DNA of 64,000 bases from the human T2T-CHM13v2.0 reference genome, Homo sapiens, in the NCBI RefSeq assembly GCF_009914755.1, contig NC_060947.1, one strand, 5' to 3'. Every line of letters starts with the position of its first letter. Position 1 is the first letter of the stretch. The notes beneath the pieces were generated by a model. That model was not told where the DNA came from. It saw only the letters and a list, made by a program, of their open reading frames with translations, and did not search any database. This document shows, piece after piece, positions 20,093 to 35,144 of this stretch. Made by a program: the position numbers and the translations under genes.

Positions 20093-20954
20093 GTTCCATA
20101 GGCAAATCAGTCTGGAAACCTCTGTATTAAAAAAATCCAGCATTTTTTTAAAATTTAAAAACAATAGATTACCTCAGAGTCATGCTATGCTTATGTACAT
20201 TTCTGAATCTCCAGTACAATGATGCAGTATGCATTTTGTCCCAAATTTAAGTGACTAATAAACTATTTTGTTTTGTTTTGTTTGTGTTTTTGTTCGTTTG
20301 CTTATTTACTTGTTTTTCACTGGACATTTGTCAAGACTTATGTTATTGAAAATACCCTTTGAAAAGCCCCAATTTAACAAATCACCCTTTAAACCAATAA
20401 TTTCACCTTGCTCTTTCCAATACCTGGTGGACAATTTACTCTGGTAACTGTATTATTTTCTATAGAACACATGGATTGCCTAATTCTATATATCCAGAGT
20501 ATATATGACCATCTGGGGAAGTTCAGGGTGTTGCTAAAGTACTATTTGTCAAACGGAATTTATGGTGAAACTTGAAAGTGCCCATCTGAATTTCCAAATG
20601 TCAAATACCAAGGACACATGGTGATAAATGAACACAAAACTCCATTGTCAGACAAAGGGGACTATCAGGAATTGCCAGCTAAGTTATAAGCCAGGTCATT
20701 CTGAGTACTAACACAAAATCATGGAAGGGTTTATCTCCATATAAGGACCACAAGAGCTCCATTTCCTGAATTAATATGCCCATAAATTTGTTTAAACTTC
20801 AGAGTCTCAACAAATTTCTGAATATCTAAAATAGGTTTATGTTTATTAACAATATTTAAGAATAACTTTTTTAAATGAAAGAGTATGAATTTTAAGAATA
20901 AAAGAAAAAATATAGGTACATTTATTACACTGCCATCACCAGTAGTTGTGAATA

Positions 20955-21090
20955 TTGATAATTGTTTATCTTACTTGAACCTCAGTTTCCTTATCTATAA
21001 ACTGAGGATCATGATACTTATTAGGATTGCTTTGAAATATAAAGATAATATAAGGATAATCAAAAGCTTGGCAGATAGCATAACTACTAT
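20955..21090 (+). mobile_element. MIR fragment
   Basis: MIR core cctcagtttccttatctataaa. Confidence 0.65.
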
Positions 21091-21269
21091 CTATTAACCC
21101 CAGCATTTGAGCCTCTTTCAATGTAGCTAATGATATATTTTGTACCAAATTTCAACATGTTTGTTTTAGGCAGCACAAATTTAACACATTCTTCATAACT
21201 AACATAATGTCTGGAATTTAGTGAGGATTAATAAAAGTTTATTAAATTTACAGAAAGGTACAAATGGAA

Positions 21270-21500
21270 ATAAACATTTGTTTAATGCCTATAGTGTACC
21301 AGGTATTCTACATAAGTTATTTTCTAGAGTTTAATCATCACAACAATTCTGTCAGCACTATTATCTCTATTTAATAGATGAGAAAATAAAGGTTCAGAAA
21401 TTTTATTTATTTTCTAGTACTCATCTAGTAAGGGGTGGAGCCAATATGTAAGTCTATCTAACTGCAAATCTTACATTTCTTCCAATATGCCAGGCTGCCT
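21270..21500 (-). mobile_element. MIR
   Basis: tttaatcatcacaacaa...tattatctctatttaatagatgagaaaa...ccaggctgcct. Confidence 0.65.
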
Positions 21501-22508
21501 AGGGGCTATTTAATAAATTTGGGCACTTTTCCTACACCCAAATTATGCACGGCTGGCCAGGATATTATTTATGTTATAATATAATTTAAAAATGCAAAAC
21601 TCCAATAGCATTTTGCCAATATGGCTATGGAATTTCCAGGTATTCTTGATAAACATTTAGTATATTCCTAAACGGGAGAATGCCCTGGCAGGTAAATTTT
21701 CTAAAAAATAGGATAGTAAAATCTAAACATCTAGCATCTTATGGGTCTACTCCCATTAAGTGAATACTGCCTTAATATAAATTTAGAGTATGAATATCAC
21801 ATTAAAGGAAAAAGATATGAAAACACCATGTAAATTTCCATTAAAGAACTTTCTTCTGTCAGATAAAAGATATATTTTAAAAATTTCAGTAGGAATAAAA
21901 AAGAGTAGGCTTCTATAGAATATCTACACCAAAAGCAGAAAACACAAGTGTGAAGGCTCTGGAATATCCCTCAGTATAGCTGGGAAGAATGAAAAATATC
22001 TCAAATAAAGAAGCATGTTATAAGTACAGCCAGCGTAGAGGAAACCAAAGATGAGTTTCTCTCCTTTAAGTTAACTGGATAAGAAATTAACAGCTGAAAA
22101 TTAATACGTTCTCTCTGATGAAATGACAGAGATAAAGAGCACTATGCTTTAGAAGTGGCTGAAAGTAGAGATTTTTAGGTTTTAGGTGCCAAAACAGCGT
22201 TAGAAGCAGTAAACAGAGCTGAGAATAGTAAAGCACACTACAAATGGAAAAGTTGAGTGTAAACATAGAATTGAGGTAACTAATGATAAAAAAATTAAAC
22301 AAATCATGTGATAATAACAGGGAAGATGTACATATATCTTAAAAATTGCTTCAAATGTTAAGTTTCCAAAGAAATGTTTAGTAAAAATATCAGAGAATTT
22401 GATTTACTTGTATTCTTGTCATTAATGTCATCACAGTATTAATCTTCAAGAAAAAAGTTATATTTAAATGTAGACTTACATTTTAATTTCAACTCTCAGT
22501 TCTCACTC

Positions 22509-24762
22509 CGATATAACTTGTCTGTGCCCCCACCCAAATCTCACCTTGAATTGTAGCTCCCATAATTCCCTCATGTTATGGGAGGGACCCAGTGGGAGAT
22601 AATTGAATCACAAGGGCGGTTTCACCCATACTGTTCTTGTGGTAGTGAATAAGTCTCACAAGTTCTGATGATTTTATAAGGGGAAACCCCTTTTGCTTGG
22701 CTCTCATGCTCTTCTCTTGTCTGCTGCCATGTGAGACATGCCTTTCACCTTCTGCCATGATTGTGAGGCCACGCCAGGCACGTGGAACTGTGAGTCCATT
22801 AAACCTACTTGTTTTGTAAATTGCCAAGTCTTGGATATGTCTTTATCAGCAGCATAAAAACGAACTAATTCAGTAAATTGGTACCAGTAGAGTGGGACAC
22901 TGCTGAAAAGATGTCTGAAAATGTGGAAGCAACTTTGGAACTGGGTAACAGGCAGAGGCTGGAACATTCTGTGGGGGCTCAGAAGAAGGCAGGAAAATTT
23001 GGAACTCCCTAGAGACTTTTTGAATGGCTTTGACCAAAATCCTGATAATGACATGGACAATGAAATCTGGGCTAAAAAAGTCTTAGATGGAGATGAGAAT
23101 CTTGTTGGGAAATGGAATAAAGTTTACTCTTGTTATGTTTTAGCAGAGACTGGCACCATTTTTCCCCTGCCCTAGAGATTTGTGGAACTTTGAACTTGAG
23201 AGAGATGATTTAGGGTATCTGGTGGAAGAAGTTTCTAAGCAGCAAAGCATTCAAGAGATGACTTGGGTTCTGTTAAAGGCATTCAATTTTAAAAGTGAAA
23301 CAGCATAAAAGGTCAGAAAATTAATAGCCTGACAATGTAATAAAAAGAAAATCCTGTTTTCTGAGGATAAATTCAAGCTGGCTGCAAAAATTTGCATAAG
23401 TAATGAGGATCTGAATGTTAGTCACCAAGACAATGGGGAAAATATCTCTGCGGTACATCAGAGACGTTTTCAGCAGTCCCTCTTATCACACGGCCAGAGG
23501 CCTAGGAGTAAAACATGATTTCCTGGGCTGGATCCAGGGTGTCTTTGATGTGTGCAGTCTAGGGACTTGGTGCCCTGGTCTCAGCCACTCCAGCTGTGAC
23601 TAAAAGGAACCAGGGTAGAGAACTCAGGCCATGGCTTCAGAGTGTGCAAGCTCCAAGCCGTGGCATCTTCCATTTGATGTTGAGCCTGCCAATACACAGA
23701 TGTGATGAATTGATGTTTGGGAACCTCTTCCTATATTTCAGAGGATGTGTGGAAATGACTGGATGTCCAGACAGAAGTTTGCTGCAGAAGTAGGGCACTC
23801 ATGGAGAACCTCTGCTAGGGCAGTCCATAAGGGAAATGGGGGGTGGGTGCCCCCAAACAGAGTCCACACTGGGGCAGTGCCTATTGGAGCTATGGGAAGA
23901 GAGCCACCATCCTCCAGATCCCAGAATGGTAGATCCACCAACAGCTTACACAATGCACCTGGAAAAACCACAGACACTCAATGCCAGCCCATGAAAGCAG
24001 CCACAAAGTCAAAGGGACAGAACTTCCCAAGACCATGGGAACCCAACTCTTGCATCAGTATGACCCAGATGTTAGACTTGGGGTCAAAGAAGGTCATCTT
24101 GGAACTTTAAAATTTGACTGCCTTTCTGGATTTAGGACTTTCATGGGGCTTTTAACTCCTTTGTTTTGGACAATTTCTCCCATTTGGAATGGCTGTAACC
24201 CCATTGTATCTAGGCAGTAACTAACTTGCTTTTGATTCTACAGTCTCATAGTCAGAAGGAACTTTTCTGGTCTCAGATGAGACTTTGGACTGTGGACTTG
24301 AGTTAATGCTAAAATGAGTTATGACTTTGGGGTATTGTTGGGAAGGCAAGATTAGGTTTGAAATGTGAGGACATGAGATATGGGAGGGGCCAGGTGTGGA
24401 ACAATATGGTTTGGCTGTGTCCCCACCTAAATCTCATTTTGAACTGTAGCTCCCATAATACCCCCATGTTGTGGGAGGGACCCAGTAGGAGAAAATGGAA
24501 TTATGGGGGTAATTTCTCCCATATTGTTCTTGTGGTAGTAAATAAGTCTCACAAGATCTGATGGGTTTATCAGGGGTTTCTGTTTTTGCTTCTCTCTCAT
24601 TTCTCTCTTGCTGCCACCATATAAGAAGTGCCTTTTACCTTTCACCTCCCACCATGACTCTGAGGCCTCCCCAGCCATTTGGAACTGTAAGTCCAATTAA
24701 ACCTCTTTATCTTGCCAGTCTTGGGTATGTCTTTATCGGCAGCATGAAAATGGACTAATACA
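22509..24762 (+). mobile_element. Full-length THE1 (MaLR) provirus: LTR 22509-22872, THE1-int, LTR about 24402-24762
   Basis: Two THE1 LTRs, internal start gtaaattggtacca, typical int sequence, perfect 5-bp TSD CACTC (22504-22508, 24763-24767). Confidence 0.93.
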
Positions 24763-25038
24763 CACTCTCTGGAAAAAACACCTTAATTATCTGACTAGCA
24801 ATTTATAATGTAAGCCTCCACAGTTCACCTGGTATTAGATACCTGTGAAGGAACAGCAAAACGACCTATAAAATGGATCCTTTGATTATGCTTTAGTATC
24901 TGCATAATGGCAAATGTCACTAAACAATGGGTAAACAATGGGTAAAAACACTTATATGAGTCTGGAAACAAAAGCAATCTTGAATGACAAATATATTGTC
25001 TTAGAAGTTGTTTCTAAATTAATTTAACTAAATAATGA

Positions 25039-25405
25039 TGTATTTGTTGGTTCTTATGCTGCTATAAAGATACTGCCCAAGACTGGATAATTCATCAACA
25101 AAAGAGATTTAATTGACTCACAGTTCCACATGGCTGGGGAGGCCTCAGGAAACTTACAGTCATGGCAGAAGGGGAAACAGGAACGTCTTACGTGGCAGCA
25201 GGCAAGAGAGAGAATGTGAGAGTGCAGCAAAAACTACCATTTATAAAACCATCAGATCTCATGATAATTCACTCACTATCACAAGAACAGTATGAGGGAA
25301 ACTGCCCCCATAATCTAATGACTTCCCACCAAGTCTCTCCCTCAACACCTGGGGATGAGAATTCAAGATAAGATTTGGGTGGAGACACAAAGCCTAACCA
25401 TATCC
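25039..25405 (-). mobile_element. MSTA-like solo LTR
   Basis: gactcacagttccacatggctggggaggcctcaggaaacttacagtcatggc...aaccatatc. Confidence 0.85.
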
Positions 25406-28249
25406 AGTGGTAAACTTAAATGTGTATCTCTATATATAAACACAGACACACACATATATATATATATGAAATGTACTGTATTTTTATATATACAATTATA
25501 CAATTGCAGTAATGCCATTTATTGGAAGCTTTACAGAAACCCTAATGTGTCTGATTGATGGAACTCATTTAGCATTCCAAATATTCATAAGATAGCCTTT
25601 TTGTGTTTGAAATGCATTTTCAGTGAACAATTATAATGTTTTATAAGTTATGTGTTTTAGGGAAATCTATTCTTCTCTGTTTTATTTAGAACAAGCCTAA
25701 TTTATCAGCACATGTGTGATCCGGGAGGGGCAAAAAGAGTGCCTTGAAAGCATTAACTAATGTAAGTTGCATGTCTATCCAGGCGGTACTGCATTTTATG
25801 TCTTTTGATGAATATATGCTATGAACTAAGAATATGAAAAGCTATGATTTATGAAGGCTTTCTTACAACATCCTCAAGAAATGATAGTTATTCCAAGATA
25901 CATGCACCAGATGGTACATTATAAAATAAATTGTTAGTATTAAACCAGTGTTGTGTGCAATAAGTTTGTTCACAATTAAAATGCCTAGTGACTAATTTTT
26001 TGAAAAAGCTTGTTTTCAGAACTCTAGGTAATATGCCGCTAAATTTCATGATGCTTTCTATGTATGCTTTACTCTTAAGCTTACTCACTGAGTTGTAGTT
26101 AATTTGAAAAGATGCTCTGGACAAAGTGTGTGTGAATCTGGGTTCTTAAGGCAGAGATCAATGATGCTTTGTTTAGATTTGCTATTTCCTGACTTCCTCC
26201 TCACTGATCAAAGATGAATAGACATGACAGTGCTTCTTGTAATGCATTCAAATTTTATCTGTTAATACTCTTAATATGTAAAAAAATCAAAGGTTTTTTG
26301 TCTTCTTCCTATAAATGAATGACATGTCTTTAATTATTAATTAATTAAGTCCTTACAATAAGGAACTCTTCAGATGTGATGGCATTTTTTTTCCCACAAC
26401 AATCCATAAAACACCATGCTATGGTTTCTCTCTTATATACAAAATACAATTAGAAAAATTGAGACATTTTACAGACAATTGTTAATCTCCACATATTATG
26501 GTTTAATTCCTTTTTCTGATTATGCCAAATCAGAGCATTTTAGAATCCAGGGACAGATATACCATGTCTCCTTCCAAGTCAGTAGTTGTAATATATCTGC
26601 ATTCAATTATGCAACATTTCAAAATTTTTCGCTATTTCTAAAAGTAAAATCAGCATATTTGAGGTAACAGATGTCAGAAATTATCAAGGCCATTATAAGC
26701 TAATTATTTACCCAAATATCATCTTAAAGACAAAGTATTAAGAAATAATTATGGCTTGCTATAATACTCATTGCAGCCAATAGAAATTTATTTGAGGCCC
26801 AAAAACAAGTTTTTTTTTTTTTCAATTCACCCTGCTGTCCCACTTAACATTGAATCAGACAGTGAGACACCTACTTCCAGCTGCATGAAAAGTGAAAATG
26901 TAGAAAATTCTGTTGACTTATTGTTCTAACATCCCCTAAAAATCTTTCACTGAAACTTGTTCAACAATCTAGAAGAATGGTGTAATAATAATTACTAAGC
27001 AACATAATCACATTAGCTTCTTCACCTTCAAGATTGAGAAATCTTACACATTTCACCTTTTTCAAAGCAGGTATACTAATGCAATTTAGTTTACATGTTC
27101 ACTAATACAACTTGAATTTATTTTTCTTAAGATTCTAGTGGTTTACAATAAATAGTCTATACTTTTTAGGCATGATAGTCTGGAGGCAGGATGCCAGACA
27201 TGTATGAAAGAAATAGCTTTAGAACATGTGGAAAAAAGCAATGAAAACAACAAGAAGAAAGTTATACCAAGTCCTTTATGGCCAAAAAGGCACCTGTGAG
27301 GGTTATATTCTGTTTTATTCCATAATACATAGGTTCCATTTTGAATGCTAGCTTCAACTGATTGACCATGTGTAGTGCCATGCTGAAAAATAATCTTTAG
27401 CTATGTGAGGGCTCATCAGGAAAGGCTATCATGAAAAAATACTATCTGACATGGTACAGGAAGGGATAGCAACCTACCTGTATAAGTAATTTGTCACTCC
27501 GGCAATAGAAAACACATTCCTACTTCTAATAGTCCCTGGTTGAAGGAGAATCATTCAAGTAAACAAAGAAATAGTCAACAGGGAAGGGCAAAAAGAATTA
27601 AGAATAGAGACAACTGAAAAATGTACAACTTTATTCCCTGTAACCCTCTCAAAACTTAAAAATGCTTCTCCCTAAATACCCCACCTGAGTAGATTTACAG
27701 TTGTTTTTTATCTTTTTGAAACTTAAACTAATTAGGAAAAACAAAACTATGCTTTGTTATTCAGAAAAATAATTGTAGTAAATGACTGCATTTTATATTT
27801 TTGTCAACTCATTATTTTTCAAGTGTGCTAAATATATATATTTTAAACCTAGATGAAAAAAACTCTTTATAAAATGCTGTTTTACTTATTTGCAGCATTG
27901 CTCATATAAAAAATTAATTTTGTGACGTTTAAAATTGAGAAATGTCCACCAGCCTTCTGTGATCTCTGAGCCATCTGGGTTTTTCCTACAAGAGACAGAG
28001 CTTGCTTAGGGGTGGTAAACTTGTCTGCCTATGGTGAATATTCATATTAGATTTTATTCAAATTGATTGGCCACAATTTAGTGAACGTATGTTCTCCTGC
28101 AAAGCTGTTTTTCCCTTCCCTGAGATAACCATAAAAGGACCAAAAAAAAGGTGGCAGGAGAATAGATATATAATAGATTTTATTATCACTGGTCTGACAG
28201 TAGCAGCTGTCACATGAAGCTAGGTTTGCCAAATAATAATATATATTCA

Positions 28250-28578
28250 TCATCACTAATGATCAGGAAAATACAAATCAAAACAACAGTAAGGTATTAA
28301 CTTGTTCTTGTTAGGAATCCTATAATCTAGAAAACAAATGATAACAAGTGCTGGTTAAGACATGGAGAAATTGGAATACTTATACATTGTTAGTGGCAAT
28401 GTAAAATGATGCAGCCACTATGTAAAAGAGTATGGAGATTCCTCAAAAAAATTAAAAATAGAATCAACATATAATTCAGTAATTTTACTTCTTGATATTT
28501 GAGATCTTTCAAAATAAGTTGAAAAAAGATCTCAAAGAGATGCCTGAACTCTCATGTCCATTGAAACATTATTCATTA
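28250..28578 (+). repeat. L1M ORF2 3' fragment, local duplicate of 29943-30580 (without the Alu)
   Basis: Shares unusual sequence (ttgttaggaatcctataatc, ttgatatttgagatctttcaaa) with the downstream copy. Confidence 0.85.
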
Positions 28579-28715
28579 TATATATAATCTATACATTCAG
28601 TATATAAAACATACATATATTATATATGTACATATTCTATATATAGATTGATATATATTATATATGCATGATATATAGTGAACAATGCATCAATGAACAT
28701 GCAGCATTATTCATG

Positions 28716-28747
<32 letters not shown>

Positions 28748-28760
28748 TGTATGTATAGAT
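28579..28760. repeat. (TA)n-rich tract
   Basis: Directly visible, including pure (TA)n at about 28718-28745. Confidence 0.85.
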
Positions 28761-28849
28761 GATACCTTATTTCCCCACACATACACACCTTTTTCTATTT
28801 TAAATATATTTCTATAAACTCCAGATAATTCCCTACAATATTCTGCATT

Positions 28850-29060
28850 GTAATGGTGGTCCTAGATAGTGAAATAAGACAATACAAAATAAAATGGCAA
28901 GGGTTGTTAAAAAAAAAATAAGTAGAACTGTGATTATTTGCAGTTGATATGACCATATACATAGAAAGCAGAAAAGAATCTAGAGATAAAATACCAGAGT
29001 TAGTAAGAGGGTTTAGAAAGATTGCTTGATTTAAAACAATATTTAAAAAATCGATTGTTC
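28850..29060 (+). mobile_element. Old L1M ORF2 (RT region) fragment
   Basis: ttatttgcagttgatatgaccatatacatagaaa resembles the LFADDMI coding region. Confidence 0.6.
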
Positions 29061-31030
<1,970 letters not shown>

Positions 31031-31038
31031 ACAGTGTC

Positions 31039-32455
31039 AGAACAAGATGTTGGAATAAGAGACTACACCATTCTTCCCTGCACTGGGGAAACACCAAATT
31101 TTAGCAGCTATCTGCACACAAAAAAGTACCTCACAAGAAACAAAAACCAGATGAGCAATCACAGTAGCTGATTTTAACTTCCTATTACTAAAAGAGGCAT
31201 TGATGAAGGCAAGGGAGACCATCTTGAGTTACCCACACCACCCTGCCCTCATCCTTCGTTAGCAACCAAGCAACACTGAGAGAGAATTTATGCATTTTGG
31301 GGAAGGAGAGCACAGCAACTGGGGGACTTTACATTGAACTCATTGCTGCCTTTTCATAGTGGACAATAAAGCCATGTTGGCCTCACAGAGTTACCACACA
31401 TGGAGGGAACATTTGGACCAGCCCTAGCGAAAGGGGAATCACCCATCCCAGCAATCAGAAATTGAGTTTCTCAGCAAGCCTCGCTATCATGGGCTGAGGT
31501 GCTCTAGGTTGCTAGGGAAGCATGAAAAGCGGTCTAGGGCACTAGGAATGTAATTCCCAGGCAACTACTAGTGTTAAGTTTGACTTAGAGCCCGTGAACT
31601 AGGAACTAGGGTGACATGTGACACCAGCTGCCACAGCTAAGGGATAGCATGTTCCATCCTTCTCCCAATCCTGAGCAGTGCAGCTCATAGCAACAAAAGC
31701 AACTGCTTCATTCTGCTTAAGGAGAGAAGAGCAAAGAGTAAAGAGGACTTTGTCTTGCATCATAGATACCAGCTGAGCCACAGTAGGAAAGGACACAGGG
31801 CATAGTTGTGAGGCCCACTTTCCAGGGCCTGTCTCCCAGATAACATTTCTAGATACAATCTGGGCCAGAAGCAAACCTGCTGCCTTGAAGGGAAGGACCC
31901 AATCCTGGCAAGATTTACCTCCTGCTGCATAAAGTGACCATGGGCCCTGAATAATCACTAACAATACCCAGGGAGTACGCTATTGGCCTTGGGCTCTGAG
32001 ATGTGCTGGCTTTAAGAGAGACGAAGCACATTTCTAGCAGTGGTAGCTATGGTGAAGCGGAATTTCTCATTCCATTTGAGGAAAGCAGAGCGAAGAGTGA
32101 AAAGGACTTTGCCTTGCACCCTAGGTACCAACTTGGCCACAGTGGGGTAGAACGACTTGCAGGCACTTGGGGATCCTGAGTCAAAGTTGAGGTGAGTCCC
32201 AGGCCTGACAGCATTCATGACAAGCTGATGGAAGAGCCCTTGGGCTTTAAGTGAATATTGGTGGTGGCCTGGCAGAACTTCTTATGGACTGATGGTGATA
32301 ATGGCCACAAGGAGAAGCTCCTCTGCCTATGATTGGGGGAAGAAAGAGGAGAAAGAACTTTATATTGTGGTTTAAGTGACAGCCTAGCTGCAGTATAATA
32401 GAACATCAGGTAAATTGCTAAGGTACTTGACTCCAATCCCTGGTTCCCAGACAGC
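31039..32455 (+). mobile_element. L1MA/L1PB-era 5'UTR (L1M1-like), no ORFs following
   Basis: Homologous to the 5'UTR at 59279-62150 (aagggaaggaccc, gactttgtcttgca repeats). Confidence 0.75.
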
Positions 32456-33309
32456 ATGTTTTTGTTTGCAACAGGACACTATTGAGGAAACTGGTTATTT
32501 TACCAAGACTTTAACTGGAATGGTATGCTTTCTTGTAAAAAAATCAAACGACTTATAGAGCCAATGAAAGCACCTTGGAAAAACTGTCCTCATACCTTGT
32601 CTACACAGTCCTTGTACAGTGTTCCTGACCTGTGGTAAATAACGAATGTCACTTTCGGACAGGCCCAGGAGCCTCAAGTTATCTAGGGACCTCAAAAGGA
32701 AAGGAATGTGCTTAACTCATAGTTATTTGATGGTACAAATCCATGGCTGGGCTTGGCTTTAAAAAAGTCTTATCTGGGATTGCTTCTATGGAACAGAGTT
32801 TCATCAAAGCCAATTTTAAAAACTATGTAAAAAATAGTCTTTCTGCACTTTATATAAATGACCTGGCCAAGTATAAAAAAGCAAATTGGTTCTACCATGA
32901 TTTGTCTTTAGTAAAAATGGGAAATTGAAGAGAGAAAACTTATGTTTCAAAAACTTAGTAAACCTGTTGTTAGATTCTAGTCTTGCCTAATGTTTTTCAA
33001 TGTTTACTGTTTTCTACAGTTTAGGCCAAATTCTAATTTTTCCTGGATACAAGTCTCTAAAATAATGTTTCTATTTTTTCCTTCTTTCTTTTCTTTCTTC
33101 CCCATATTTTTAAATTTGAAATCACTGAAAATTAAGCTGTGGCTTCTTAAAGCCCTGTGAACTGAAGCTAGAAAACTTAAACTTCAAAGGAAAATAACAA
33201 CAACCTATTCACATAAATAAGCCACTTTTATACCTGCATACTGATGTATGGACTTCAGAATAATGTGGTCCATATTAATTTTCCAGAATTGTTCTTTTGT
33301 TTGTTGTTG
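32456..33309 (+). mobile_element. MER4-group (ERV1) internal fragment without LTR
   Basis: cctgacctgtggtaa...gacaggcccaggagcctcaagttatc...ccatggctgggcttggctttaaaaaagtcttatctg, typical of MER4-group internals. Confidence 0.7.
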
Positions 33310-33631
33310 GGTCAGCAAAGTGGCTCACACCTGTAATCCCAGCACTTTGGGAGGCCAAGGTGGGTGAATCACCTGAGGTCAGGAGTTAGAGTCCAGCCTA
33401 ACCAATATGGTAAAACCCCATCTCTACTAAAAATACAAAAATTAGCCCAGTGTGTTAGTGTGCACTTGTAATCCCAGGTACTTGGGAGGCTGAGGTGGGA
33501 GAATCACTTGAATCCAGGAGTGGGAGGCTGCAGTGAGCCTAGACTGTGCCACTGCACTCCAGCCTGAGTGAGAGAGCGAGGCTCCATCTCAAAAAAAAAA
33601 AAAAAAAAGAAAAGAAAAAAGAAAAGTAAAA
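33310..33631 (+). mobile_element. AluS (Sq/Sp/Sx-like), no visible TSD
   Basis: Dimeric Alu with long A tail; the two flanks are unrelated. Confidence 0.9.
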
Positions 33632-33637
33632 GATAAT

Positions 33638-33821
33638 TGAACTATACCCATAAAGAGATAAGGCATAAGAATTATATAATGAATTTGAGGACACGGGGAA
33701 GGGTGGAAGGGTGCGAGGGATAAAAGACTACACATTGGGTAAAGTGTGCACTGCTCAGGTGAAAGCTGCACCAAAATCTCAGTAATCACCACTAAGAACT
33801 TACCTATGTAACCAAATACAC
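33638..33821 (+). mobile_element. L1PB/L1MA1-2 3'UTR fragment
   Basis: gggataaaagactacacattggg...ctgcaccaaaatctcag...tcaccactaagaactt. Confidence 0.8.
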
Positions 33822-33822
33822 G

Positions 33823-33933
33823 CAGAGTAAAAGCCAAAGTCCTTACAAGATTTATAAAGCCTTACATAATCTGGCTCCTTTATCTCTCTGATTGTCATTT
33901 TTTCCACTCTTCTCCTTGCTTTCTCATGTTCAG
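33823..33933 (+). mobile_element. L2 fragment
   Basis: cagagtaaaagccaaagtccttacaa...taatctggc; homologous to about 57389-57440. Confidence 0.6.

Positions 33934-35144
<1,211 letters not shown>

Noticed and set aside
19966-20370. Possible hAT-Charlie-type relic around the CA repeat
   Set aside because: Similarity too weak to name or bound by eye.
26100-28240. TCF/SOX/CCAAT/octamer-like motifs suggesting an enhancer
   Set aside because: Short motifs are expected by chance in AT-rich DNA, and no conservation data are available.
31039-32455. Segmental duplication with 59279-61100
   Set aside because: The similarity is patchy and explained by independent related L1 5'UTRs.
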